NCBI GenBank assembly: GCA_964511175.1
Contig: CAZEEI010000001.1
Span: 147,187 to 211,186, forward strand
Length of the DNA stretch: 64,000 nt
Reading direction: 5' to 3'
DNA from: an uncultured Pseudomonadales bacterium
GTDB lineage: Bacteria > Patescibacteriota > Microgenomatia > UBA1400 > UBA1396
Under the pieces are notes generated by a model. It did not search any database and was not told where the DNA came from. It saw only the letters and a list, made by a program, of their open reading frames with translations. Below, piece by piece: positions 27,661-37,023 of this stretch (positions are counted from its first letter, which is position 1; each line of letters starts with the position of its first letter). Made by a program: the position numbers and the translations under genes.

Positions 27661-28543
27661 AAGGTTTGGCTGGTAGTGAAAATAGCAGTGAACCTAGAAT
27701 GCCAGGAATAATGGTGTCAAAAAGAAACAGCAACAAACTTACACTCACCGCCACTTCAGCAGCCACACCAAACGGAGCCAGCAAATAAATCGCGACCCCT
27801 TCCCGAATACCCAGACTGCCAATAGTGATTGGTACCAAATTAGTCAGGAGGACCAGCGGGAAAACCATTAGTACCGTTGCTACAGTTACGGACTGGAAAG
27901 CGTTCAGCAGTAAATAAGCCTGAAGGAAGTAAACCGACATGGTGAGGAAAGAGAGAATCAGGAGAATATTCGACAGCGGCCAAGAAACTAAGGTGAATCC
28001 CCGGAGGATATTTTTAAGCAGTTCAAAAGGAATGAGGTCGGTAAGGGCTTTATTAAGACGGCGGAACTGGTAAAAGAAAAGTAAAATTACAGCCAAGATA
28101 CCGATAATCACGATAGAGTTTGCCTGCGTGAGCAGTCTTTGACCGCCCAGTAAGACAAAGAAAATGACGATCCATAGTTCGGATACTTTATCGACGAAAG
28201 TCAGTGAGCCAAGTTGGAGTTTGTTGCCCTTCATGCCTATTACGCGACCCAGCTCCCCGATTCTAGAGGGGGTGACGAGTCTGGTTCCTCGAAGATAGGA
28301 TTGCATTGCCCCCCAAAAAGTATTGTCTGAATGCAGTTGTTTTGATAATAAATACCATTTGTAACTTTTGATAAGGATATGAATGATGATTAATATCATG
28401 GCTAATAAAACATTTTTTTGTTGAACTGAAAGCAGGGATTGCCAGACGGAATAAGTAGCAACTTTACCAAGAATAAAAATTAACAAGATAATGGTTAACA
28501 ATAATCGGCTGAAAAATAAAAAATTTTTTTCTTTCACATCCAC
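27638..28543 (-). CDS. flippase-like (UPF0104 / LPG-synthase TM-like) membrane protein
   Basis: Multi-TM pattern typical of flippase-like proteins co-encoded with GT2 enzymes. Confidence 0.45.
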   Translation of the reverse strand: MDVKEKNFLFFSRLLLTIILLIFILGKVATYSVWQSLLSVQQKNVLLAMILIIIHILIKSYKWYLLSKQLHSDNTFWGAMQSYLRGTRLVTPSRIGELGRVIGMKGNKLQLGSLTFVDKVSELWIVIFFVLLGGQRLLTQANSIVIIGILAVILLFFYQFRRLNKALTDLIPFELLKNILRGFTLVSWPLSNILLILSFLTMSVYFLQAYLLLNAFQSVTVATVLMVFPLVLLTNLVPITIGSLGIREGVAIYLLAPFGVAAEVAVSVSLLLFLFDTIIPGILGSLLFSLPAKPYVQKNRS

Positions 28544-28560
28544 GCTTCTTTCTTAATTAT

Positions 28561-30162
28561 TCATTTATTGATTTTGTACAGCTTCCAATCCTCAAATGCC
28601 TTCTCTAGAGTTGTAAAATCTGTTCCATTTTCAAATATTCCTGGGAACCTTCTGTTTATAGCATCCAAATCTCCTACTCCACCTAACTTATGTACCAAAA
28701 TATAACCAACCTCATCATTTATGACTGGGTCCAAAAGAACTTCTTCAAAGTTATCATCAATAGTTTCAATGAATATAGATGGTTTTTGCGTATAATACAC
28801 AATAGGAAAACCCATAAAATCGTCAACCAAGATTTTCTTCGGCCATGTATTGTTTTTAATATATTGTGCTATATGCATGTCTTTCTGATAACTCCAATCT
28901 TCAATTTGTGATAAATCACTGTATAAGGTAGCTTTGACTAATTGATTTTCCTCCCTTCCTATTTTTGGATTAGCCATCGCATACAGCGAGCTAACAGACG
29001 AAATAACGATAATTATAACAGCACACAAAAGAGTTATATAAAAATATGTCCTTTTTTTAATATTAGCAATAATATATCCAAGAAATATGTAAGCAGAGGG
29101 TAATACATAAATGAAGAATCTTAACCAACCGAAAGATTGTCCTTTATATAGCAGTATGGCGTGAAATAACAGTACCGACATTGTTGGTAATAGTAAACTT
29201 ATACATAACAAGTGTTCTTTATTTTTTATTCCCTTAATAATCGCAAATATACAAAACACTAAATAAGCGGGAAATAAAAGGATCACTCTTTGTAAGAAAA
29301 ACAAAGATATTTTTCCAAAGTTATATTGCATATTTCTGAAAGTATTATCACTTTCGATAAGTTTTTCTGACTGGGCGGTATTCGAATAAATACTTGTTAA
29401 AAAGTAAAACGGATCACCCATGATTATCCAGTTGGCCAGAATCCAAATTGAAATTATAAAAAACACTGGTGTTAGAAATAAAAGAATCGTTCCTTCGATT
29501 TTTTTAAAACAATTTTTTTGATAATTAAGAAATACAGAGATGCCAATTATCAACATAATTACTGGAATTAATGCTGCTAATTCCCAACGAGTCATTACGG
29601 CTAACGATGTCGAAATACCTAACTTTAATACGTAAGACAGACTTCTTGTGCTTAGGTATGCGACTAAAAAATAAGTTGTAGTTGTAACAAAAAGAACAGC
29701 AATTGCTTCAGACATTCCGTTCGATCCAAAAAATAAAATCATTGGGTTTAAGATAAACATAAAAAGAAATAGTAATCGTAATACAAAGCCGATATTGAAA
29801 TATTTATAGATCTTATTTAGATAGACTGCCGTTAATGCCATGAATATAGCGCTAACAACATTGCCGGCAAACCCAAGATTATTGAGTGGGTTAAACAAAA
29901 CTAGGGGTAGTTGAACAAGTGTAGGAATGGGCGGCCAAACGAAACCTATGGCTGTAAGTTTGGGTTGATTGCCAAAGAATACGCTATATGCATGGAAACT
30001 TCTGGAGAGAGCGTCTCCGTAAACAAACTGTAATTTAAAAACTAGTACGTAGGCAGCAGCGATAAAGACCGTAAATGGCGTCAAAAAAAATAAAATATTC
30101 TCAATATTCTTTTTTATCATGTTGCCAGCTGTGTAATGCAATTTATTTATCCACTTTTGCAT
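28561..30162 (-). CDS. polytopic membrane protein, second GT39-like paralog (AT-rich gene)
   Basis: Multi-TM N-terminal region plus soluble C-terminal domain; markedly lower GC than neighbours. Confidence 0.4.
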   Translation of the reverse strand: MQKWINKLHYTAGNMIKKNIENILFFLTPFTVFIAAAYVLVFKLQFVYGDALSRSFHAYSVFFGNQPKLTAIGFVWPPIPTLVQLPLVLFNPLNNLGFAGNVVSAIFMALTAVYLNKIYKYFNIGFVLRLLFLFMFILNPMILFFGSNGMSEAIAVLFVTTTTYFLVAYLSTRSLSYVLKLGISTSLAVMTRWELAALIPVIMLIIGISVFLNYQKNCFKKIEGTILLFLTPVFFIISIWILANWIIMGDPFYFLTSIYSNTAQSEKLIESDNTFRNMQYNFGKISLFFLQRVILLFPAYLVFCIFAIIKGIKNKEHLLCISLLLPTMSVLLFHAILLYKGQSFGWLRFFIYVLPSAYIFLGYIIANIKKRTYFYITLLCAVIIIVISSVSSLYAMANPKIGREENQLVKATLYSDLSQIEDWSYQKDMHIAQYIKNNTWPKKILVDDFMGFPIVYYTQKPSIFIETIDDNFEEVLLDPVINDEVGYILVHKLGGVGDLDAINRRFPGIFENGTDFTTLEKAFEDWKLYKINK

Positions 30163-32419
30163 TTACTGTAGATAATTCGATCGGATAGGTAGTTAATTCC
30201 TGATCCACCAATTCATTGCCGATCGCCCCACTCGCTTGTTTCACCACCTTAGCGTGACTTAAGTGTAAGCCATGCTTAGTCTTAGACCAATAATGCGGAT
30301 CGCGGATAATCTTATAAACCGCGTGCCACGCTGCCATGCTCATGCCCAGCCAGTAGAAAGGCACTAGGAAAACGTACTTAATAATATCGTCGTACTCCCG
30401 CTTGGCACAACCGATCATGTAGTAGTACATGTAGAGGAAGTTGCCAAACACCAGGGAGAACACCGCCATGTACAAAACCGGCGCGGGGAAGAACGACTCA
30501 ATGAAAACACCAATGATCGGCCGGAGGGCAAAGTAAGAAATAGTGATAATCCACATTACTGGATTGATAAACATGGACATAATCTTGCCGCCGACCACTA
30601 GTTGAAAAGTAATCACGTGCGGCTCCTGCCAATCTCGCATAAAATGTTTGGGATTGCGCATGTGCACGAGGTAAGTTTGGATATAGCCCTTAATCCAGCG
30701 GGTGCGTTGTTGGAACCAGTTGAGCAAATCGCTATTGGCTTCTTCCATGGTCATGGAATTAACTACCGCCGTACGGTAACCATGCTTAACCAGACGCATA
30801 CCTAAATCACAATCTTCCGTGACATTGAAAGCATCCCAGCCCTTGAGCTCGTGCAGATCCTGGGTACGGAAGTGGTTGGAAGTGCCGCCTAGCGGAATCG
30901 GAGCGTGAATGGACTGTAGACCCGTAAGCACTAAGTCAAACCAGAGTGAATATTCGGCAGTGAAGACTCTGGTTAAAATGTTTTGGTGCGGGTTGTAGAA
31001 GTTTAGTTTGGCTTGGATGCAAATGGTACGGTCGTCGGTATTTTTGAACGCCAAAAACGCTTTCTTTAATTGTTGCGGATCAGGTACATCTTCGGCGTCA
31101 TAAACCACGGCATACTCCCCGGTCGCATAATTCAGGCCGTAATTGAGAGCCTTGGGTTTAGTTTTGGGGAAAGAATGCGGGATAACCACTACTTGGAAAT
31201 AACTTGGCAGTCGGTAAGCCTTAGCCCGCTTCACTGTTTCCGCATAGTCCTCTTCTAAAAGGAGAATAACTTGCATTTTTTCCCGAGGGTAATCCAGCCG
31301 GCTCATGGCGGTGACAAACTGCGGTAAGACTTCCCACTCCTTATAGAGGGGGCAAAAAATAGTATAAGTTGGCCATTCTTTTTGAGCCGCGATTTGGGCA
31401 GCAGTAATTTGTACTTCCGGCGACTTGGAAAAACTGCGGAAAATTAGGAAGAAGTTAAATAATAAGTCCACAAAGTACAAGACCGTTAAGATAGCAATAA
31501 GGATTGTGATGGTGGCGTGCCAATTACTCATGGCGTTAAATACGAGTAAAGCCAGCAGTAGGACAAAGAAAACGATCTGCGGCCCAGAAAACCGGTGGAA
31601 AGCGCTTTCGCTCTGGCCGAGGGCGGTATGTGGGATGAACTCTTTTCCCCGGTAGTGGAAACCAACCCCTTTTATTTTTTGGGTTTTAGGCAGAAAAGGC
31701 ACAATTTCCGGACTAATGAAGGCCAGCTTGAGGGCGGCCAAGCCCATTTCCAGTGAGGCAGTGACTAAACCGATTTTTGGTGCGCCAGCATGACGTTTTT
31801 GGAAAATGATATTAACCGTTTTAATTTGGTAACCGGCATTTCTGGCCTTGACCAGAAACTCCAAATCAAAAGTCCACTGCAAAGGGTGCAGTTTAATTCG
31901 CTCGACAATCTCTTTGCGGAAAACTTTTAGGCCGGATTGGACGTCACAGTTAAAGCCGTGGAGGAACCGACCGAACAGGTGGCGGAAAGCGTGGCTGAGG
32001 ATTTTGCGCCGTAAGCTTACTTGATGTTCTCGCCGGTTGGCAACGACGATGTCACTGTCAGGGCCAATTTTGGCGATCAAATCGGGAAGGGCGTCGGGCG
32101 GATACTGCAAGTCGGCATCAATCATACCAATTAGTGGGTACTTAGCGTGGGCGAATCCCTCCAGCAGTGATTGAGCTTTGCCGCGTTGGCCTTTTTTGGT
32201 GTAAATAGAAAGAGGATAAGATTTTTTTAATTTTTCCACGATCTTAGGAGTCTGGTCAGTGGAATGGTCATCGATAACGATGATTTCGTAGGTGATTTTT
32301 TGGGTCTGTAGTGCCTGATCGATTTTTTTGATCAAGAGCTGAATGTTGTCTTCTTCGTTCCAAGTAGGAACGACTATTGAGATTTTATTCATATTCGATA
32401 AATAGAAGTTATGGGGCAA
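30143..32419 (-). CDS. bifunctional family-2 glycosyltransferase (DPM-synthase-like GT2 fused to processive CesA-like GT2)
   Basis: N-terminal IVVPTWNEEDNI...VIDDHSTDQT; second domain with DAED (DxD) and QQRTRW (QxxRW) motifs and TM helices. Confidence 0.7.
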   Translation of the reverse strand: MPHNFYLSNMNKISIVVPTWNEEDNIQLLIKKIDQALQTQKITYEIIVIDDHSTDQTPKIVEKLKKSYPLSIYTKKGQRGKAQSLLEGFAHAKYPLIGMIDADLQYPPDALPDLIAKIGPDSDIVVANRREHQVSLRRKILSHAFRHLFGRFLHGFNCDVQSGLKVFRKEIVERIKLHPLQWTFDLEFLVKARNAGYQIKTVNIIFQKRHAGAPKIGLVTASLEMGLAALKLAFISPEIVPFLPKTQKIKGVGFHYRGKEFIPHTALGQSESAFHRFSGPQIVFFVLLLALLVFNAMSNWHATITILIAILTVLYFVDLLFNFFLIFRSFSKSPEVQITAAQIAAQKEWPTYTIFCPLYKEWEVLPQFVTAMSRLDYPREKMQVILLLEEDYAETVKRAKAYRLPSYFQVVVIPHSFPKTKPKALNYGLNYATGEYAVVYDAEDVPDPQQLKKAFLAFKNTDDRTICIQAKLNFYNPHQNILTRVFTAEYSLWFDLVLTGLQSIHAPIPLGGTSNHFRTQDLHELKGWDAFNVTEDCDLGMRLVKHGYRTAVVNSMTMEEANSDLLNWFQQRTRWIKGYIQTYLVHMRNPKHFMRDWQEPHVITFQLVVGGKIMSMFINPVMWIITISYFALRPIIGVFIESFFPAPVLYMAVFSLVFGNFLYMYYYMIGCAKREYDDIIKYVFLVPFYWLGMSMAAWHAVYKIIRDPHYWSKTKHGLHLSHAKVVKQASGAIGNELVDQELTTYPIELSTVNAKVDK

Positions 32420-32546
32420 ACTTTTTAATTAGCCTGACCCGAACTATTACTAATAATAAGAGTGCTAATAACTATCTTTTCCTTGATGATCCGGTTAATT
32501 TAATATTCGCTTATCGTATCTTACTATAAGACTTCTCAATTTCAAT

Positions 32547-32645
32547 CCCCCGCTCTGGGGTCAGACCTCTGCCCGGGTCAGACCTCTGCCCGGGTCAGAC
32601 CTCTGCCCGGGTCAGACCCGGGCCTAGGTCTGACCTATGGCAGGG
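32547..32645. repeat. four perfect 18-bp tandem units GGTCAGACCTCTGCCCGG followed by two inverted GGTCTGACC units
   Basis: Read directly; lies in the divergent promoter region between the GT2 gene and dcd. Confidence 0.8.
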
Positions 32646-32672
32646 TCTGACCCCTACCGCTATACTATTCTC

Positions 32673-33203
32673 ATGATCCTGTCCGACCGCGATATTTTGG
32701 CGGCTCTAACCACCGGCGACCTAGTCATTACCTCCTTCCGGCCGGAGCGGCTCAAACCCGGCAGCTACGGCCTCACTCTGGGTAATCAGGTTTGGCGCCC
32801 TAAAGACCAAGGTGTAATCGACGCCCGCCGGCCGCAAGTGGCCTATGACGAAATTGAGATTTTTCCGGATACCGGCTACGTGCTCAACCCCGGCGATTTT
32901 ATTTTGGCGCAAGCGCAGGAAAGTCTCAGCCTCAGCCGTAACTTGGCGGCAGTTAGCGACACCCGCTCCACCCTCGCCCGCCTAGGTTTGCAGGTAATTC
33001 TCTCTTCCTCTTTTATCGAACCAGGCCAGAAGGAAAGTCACGAAACCATGGAGATCGTCAACCACGGTCCGCAGCCCGTCCAGATTTTCCCGGGTATGCC
33101 GGTCATGAAAGTAATTTTCCACCAACTAAAAACGCCTGCCAGTTTTGATTACGCCGCAATCGGTTCCTACGGCCGGCAGAATAAACCTTACCCGCGGTGG
33201 TGA
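32673..33203 (+). CDS. dcd: dCTP deaminase
   Basis: MILSDRDILAAL...PGSYGLTLG...VLNPGDFILAQ matches the dCTP deaminase/dUTPase family; start at MILSDRDI downstream of the repeat cluster. Confidence 0.8.
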   Translation: MILSDRDILAALTTGDLVITSFRPERLKPGSYGLTLGNQVWRPKDQGVIDARRPQVAYDEIEIFPDTGYVLNPGDFILAQAQESLSLSRNLAAVSDTRSTLARLGLQVILSSSFIEPGQKESHETMEIVNHGPQPVQIFPGMPVMKVIFHQLKTPASFDYAAIGSYGRQNKPYPRW

Positions 33204-33220
33204 AGCGGTGAAGGAGATAT

Positions 33221-33249
33221 TGCTTAAATTGGGTTTGTTTTGTATAATC
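33221..33249 (+). promoter_or_regulatory. near-consensus sigma-70 promoter (TTGCTT, 17 nt, TATAAT) with no downstream ORF
   Basis: Sits inside the loop of a 15-bp inverted repeat (33190-33210 / 33283-33301); followed by AGGAGGA then TTG-TAA. Confidence 0.3.
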
Positions 33250-33294
33250 TGACCATCACGATAGGAGGACTACCAAAGGTTGTAAGATTCGTCT

Positions 33295-33828
33295 TCACCG
33301 CGGGAATGCCTCCTTTTTTTGTGGTCGTTTACTTTCTACCTTATTTCTAAACAAACTTACTTGGACAATTTTATCGGCAAATTTCCTCAATAGTGAAGAA
33401 TAATGACGGTTGGGTACAATAATTTTTTCGAGTTTATGATTATCAGATAAATGTTCAATTAAACAATAAAAGTCACCATCGCCAGAGACAATAATTGCCG
33501 TGTCGAAGCTAGGCCACTCAATCATGGTATGTAACACTAGTTCAGCATCGACGTTACCCTTAGTAATTGCCTGTCGATTCTTTTTATATTCCAGTGTAGG
33601 TTTAAAAACTAGTATATAGCCGCATTTTTGTAAAAAAGTATAGAGTCCCTCGTTGCCGGCAACGTGGCCAATAAATAAAAAAGCTTTAGAGACATGGTAT
33701 TTAGTGCGAAGGTATTTAAGAAATTCACGGAAATCTAAAATCCAGCCAGAACTTTTAACACCAAGGTTGAGATTTTGACTGTCGATAAAGGCATAAACTT
33801 TATTTTGGGTTTTATTCGCATTTACCAT
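33295..33828 (-). CDS. NYN-domain (LabA-like, PIN-fold) nuclease
   Basis: FIDSQNL, GNVDAEL, SGDGDF motifs of the NYN/LabA family; AT-rich gene. Confidence 0.65.
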   Translation of the reverse strand: MVNANKTQNKVYAFIDSQNLNLGVKSSGWILDFREFLKYLRTKYHVSKAFLFIGHVAGNEGLYTFLQKCGYILVFKPTLEYKKNRQAITKGNVDAELVLHTMIEWPSFDTAIIVSGDGDFYCLIEHLSDNHKLEKIIVPNRHYSSLLRKFADKIVQVSLFRNKVESKRPQKKEAFPR

Positions 33829-33867
33829 GAAACGAGTATAACAAAAGGGATTTGATAATCAACAACT

Positions 33868-34260
33868 TCAACGATCATTGGTTGGTTGATCCTGGGCTGC
33901 CAATAACTGTTGCCGAGTCAAGATCAACCGATCGTAAGTAACAAATAACCAGTACGGTTGGTGCTGGTGTATAGTGCTAGGCCATCGTTGATCCAGCTCT
34001 CCAATCACCTGACTCAAATTGTTGAGCAGGGTTTGTCTGACATCCGCATCGCCCCGGTTGAAGCGTTGTTGTAGCTCGGTCAGCAAAATATCCAACTTAG
34101 TTTCAATCGACGCGCCAACTTTAGGTAGCCGGGACAGTGCCTGCCAATCCTGAGCCCCAAAAGTAAAATCAGCAAAACCGCGCACCAAAATCTGTTTACT
34201 TTCGGTAGTTCTGGCCTCAATGGCTAAACCAACGCGGTCTACGTTTTCAAATAACATCAT
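33868..34260 (-). CDS. paralog family 3 member (unknown)
   Basis: Shares C-terminal W(L/A/M)(T/E)....(E/D/S)RL..xY..L motif with the next three ORFs. Confidence 0.4.
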   Translation of the reverse strand: MMLFENVDRVGLAIEARTTESKQILVRGFADFTFGAQDWQALSRLPKVGASIETKLDILLTELQQRFNRGDADVRQTLLNNLSQVIGELDQRWPSTIHQHQPYWLFVTYDRLILTRQQLLAAQDQPTNDR

Positions 34261-34269
34261 GGTTCCTTC

Positions 34270-34629
34270 CTAGCGCGGCAACTGGTGACACAGAGCCTGA
34301 TAAGCGGTCAGCAATCGCTCCTGGGTAATAGTTAGCCATTGAGGTGGATTGTCGGGCATATTGCGGGTTAGAAAAGTGATCGTCTCGGCGTAGGTTTGCA
34401 GGAAGGCGTTTTGATCATCCCCAGCCCGCCTACGTTTAAAGGTAGCTTGAGCGTCTTTTAGGATGTTATCCAGAAGACGGTGGATGGCCGCCCGGGTGGT
34501 TAACTGGTCAATTTGGTCGAAACGATAATCAAGCTGGTCGGTTAATCTTTTTTTATACGCTGCTTCGATTAATAGCCCGAAATCTAATTCGAGGGGTTGT
34601 CCGACGGTTAATTGATCAGCTCTAAACAT
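34270..34629 (-). CDS. paralog family 3 member
   Basis: QWLTITQERLLTAYQAL C-terminal motif. Confidence 0.4.
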   Translation of the reverse strand: MFRADQLTVGQPLELDFGLLIEAAYKKRLTDQLDYRFDQIDQLTTRAAIHRLLDNILKDAQATFKRRRAGDDQNAFLQTYAETITFLTRNMPDNPPQWLTITQERLLTAYQALCHQLPR

Positions 34630-34649
34630 ATATACTTTCTGATTAGTTT

Positions 34650-35033
34650 TTAACGATTAGTTTCTGGCAATCCCAACTGTTCTTTAAGACTTTCGTGCAT
34701 GGCGGCAAAAGACTGATAAGCCAGTTCCGCCCAATCCGGAAAATCGTTTCCTCCGACGATACGGGCTATGCCCAAACCACGGATGACGTTGGCTAGTTTA
34801 GTAAAGATGATCCAGCGTTCCTCAGTACTGTTGGTACTGCCTATTTGGAACTTATTTCTCAATACAAACTCCACTTCCCGCAGAAGAGACACTACTTCTT
34901 GGTTCGATTGCAGTTTTGGCAGTTGCCAGAGCCGCCAATCAAGATCGGCTAAGGGGGCGACTAGTTCTCTATCCGGCTGGGAATAGAACAGCAAAGCTTC
35001 AACTTTGTAACCAAGTTTGCGGATTGTACCCAT
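34650..35033 (-). CDS. paralog family 3 member
   Basis: DWAELAYQSFAAMHESL C-terminal motif. Confidence 0.4.
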   Translation of the reverse strand: MGTIRKLGYKVEALLFYSQPDRELVAPLADLDWRLWQLPKLQSNQEVVSLLREVEFVLRNKFQIGSTNSTEERWIIFTKLANVIRGLGIARIVGGNDFPDWAELAYQSFAAMHESLKEQLGLPETNR

Positions 35034-35049
35034 ACGATGCTCCTAAGAT

Positions 35050-35478
35050 CTACCGTGTTGAATCGCTGATCCCCATTCCTACAAGATTGTCCTGCTGATA
35101 CCAAAGCTCGTTATATTTATCCACTAAACGGCTGTGCATGGTAGTCATCCATAAGGGCACCTCTCCTCTTTTACCAATGATCGCATTTTGGAGTCTGGCG
35201 TAAGCGGTGGCTAGTCTCAATAGTAAGATATGTTGTTTTTCTGAACCATATGATTTGAGGCGTTCACTATAGCCAGGTGATTTAAACATTTTTTCTAATT
35301 TACCGAGAAAATCATCAAGTCGTAGATTAAGGGTTTCGCTAGACAGGGCTGGCAGTTCTTGCCATTCCAAATAAGTGAAGATTCCAAGATCAGCAAAAAT
35401 TTCGTCTAACTGGCCAAGCACATCCACTCTACGGCTTAACCCGAGCTCTTGCCTAATCTTTCTTACCAAAGCCGACAT
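35050..35478 (-). CDS. paralog family 3 member
   Basis: LWMTTMHSRLVDKYNEL C-terminal motif; TATAAT box just upstream. Confidence 0.4.
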   Translation of the reverse strand: MSALVRKIRQELGLSRRVDVLGQLDEIFADLGIFTYLEWQELPALSSETLNLRLDDFLGKLEKMFKSPGYSERLKSYGSEKQHILLLRLATAYARLQNAIIGKRGEVPLWMTTMHSRLVDKYNELWYQQDNLVGMGISDSTR

Positions 35479-35634
35479 ATCTTCCTCCCCATTTTCCGCG
35501 ATTATAGGCTAGCAAGCGCACTACGTCAAAGAGCGTGTTGGTCGAGGTTATACTCCGCAAGCACCACTGGCCGCAATTATGGCGTTATGCTAGAGTAAAA
35601 AGGTAAGCTGAAAAATTAAAAAAAAGGAATCAGT

Positions 35635-35919
35635 ATGATGGGCTGGTACGGTGGTTGGGCAGGTGCTTCCTGGTTTGGGTCGCTGATGGTTATTTTTTCG
35701 CTATGGAGCGTTTTTTGGAAAGGCCTGGCCCTGTGGCGCGCCGCCCGTAATGGCGAAAAGTACTGGTTTATTGGCTTGCTGGTGATTAACACCGTCGGCT
35801 TACTGGAAATCCTCTACTTGTTTGTCTTCACCAAAGGCGAAAAGGGTGTTTCACTGGAGTCGCTGGGGGTGAGTGCTAAGCCGGTAACCAAGGCCAAGCC
35901 GCGCCGGCGCCGTAAATAA
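35635..35919 (+). CDS. small Trp-rich membrane protein
   Basis: Two TM helices, basic C-terminal tail. Confidence 0.4.
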   Translation: MMGWYGGWAGASWFGSLMVIFSLWSVFWKGLALWRAARNGEKYWFIGLLVINTVGLLEILYLFVFTKGEKGVSLESLGVSAKPVTKAKPRRRRK

Positions 35920-35971
35920 CCACTGGCGTCTATTCAGTTTCAGAATAATTTGGTTTTTCCGTTAATCGAAG

Positions 35972-36340
35972 TTAGCGGTTCGTTAGCGCTGGCCACACAA
36001 CCAACTTCATATATTTGTAGGGGCGATATAAAACGTCAAATTGTTGCTTAGGATCTAACTGAGTATCACTAACGTACAAGGAAGGTGGTTTACCTTCTGA
36101 TCCATCAGATACAATGCTAACGGCAAAGTTATAAGGACTGTCGTTGCTCATATCCAGTATAGCCTCGGCCACGTCATAAACATCGAAGCCCTCATTGCTC
36201 ATCATCGTGGCAATTTCACTGCCCACTAAAACTGGTTGACCCTGTCCAGCTAGCTCGGCGAAACGCTTTGCGGCTCGTCGCCGGCTGTTTTCTCTTGTCT
36301 CGATAATAGGTTTTGTTTCGTGTCGTTGAGGTTTAGCCAT
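35972..36340 (-). CDS. hypothetical protein
   Basis: 122-aa ORF with upstream TGTTATAAT box. Confidence 0.4.
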   Translation of the reverse strand: MAKPQRHETKPIIETRENSRRRAAKRFAELAGQGQPVLVGSEIATMMSNEGFDVYDVAEAILDMSNDSPYNFAVSIVSDGSEGKPPSLYVSDTQLDPKQQFDVLYRPYKYMKLVVWPALTNR

Positions 36341-36435
36341 AAAAATATCACTTTCTATTTTTGACCTTATTTTGCCAGGATTATAACATATCGTGAGAAG
36401 CTGGCAACACTAGCTCATCGGCAATTTGCACTAAT

Positions 36436-36681
36436 ATGCTACACTGTGACCATATGTCAAAATCAGAACAGGCACTCAGTGCCGCACAGATTCAGTCGTT
36501 GGAAAATAAATCGGACCGTATGCTGCTCCTGTTTTGGGCGGGTTTGGCCGCCACGATTGCTGGGCCTTTAATTCCTTCGACATTAGTGACGTTGGGTGGT
36601 ATTGGGGCGATGGCTGAATCTTGGCGTCGCGGTGGTAAGTATCGCGAGCAGATTGAACAGTCCAATAATCAGGTTCGCTAG
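36436..36681 (+). CDS. hypothetical small protein
   Basis: 81-aa ORF with one TM helix. Confidence 0.3.
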   Translation: MLHCDHMSKSEQALSAAQIQSLENKSDRMLLLFWAGLAATIAGPLIPSTLVTLGGIGAMAESWRRGGKYREQIEQSNNQVR

Positions 36682-36750
36682 TGCGCTAACCATCTAACCC
36701 AAAGATGGTATAGTGCAGAGGTAAATCATACTTAATTGAATGGAGCGAGT

Positions 36751-37023
36751 ATGACAGACAGGAAAACGGTTGAAGGTTCGCGATCTCTAGACGATGTGCG
36801 CGCCGAGCGTATTCGGCACGCGCGCCAAAGTAGGTTTTTTAAACATTGCCAAGCGGGTGATTTTTCTCCGTGTGATCAGTGTAAGTTTGGCGATGGCCCG
36901 GATATGGATCAGTGCATCCGTCCTGATCAGCGGCAGCACGCTGAACATTGGCGCGAAACGCACGAGACCACTGAAGCTAATTTACCCCCGCTGCCCTATA
37001 CACGGCAGCAACCGTCCGCCTAG
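36751..37023 (+). CDS. hypothetical Cys-containing protein
   Basis: RBS GGAG before ATG at 36751; HCQAGDFSPCDQCKFGDGPDMDQC. Confidence 0.35.
   Translation: MTDRKTVEGSRSLDDVRAERIRHARQSRFFKHCQAGDFSPCDQCKFGDGPDMDQCIRPDQRQHAEHWRETHETTEANLPPLPYTRQQPSA

Noticed and set aside
32547-32645. Possible CRISPR array (regular tandem repeats)
   Set aside because: The unit is only 18 bp with the repeat and its spacer being part of one palindrome; there are no unique spacers and no cas genes nearby. It is the same GGTCWGACC element found at two other loci.
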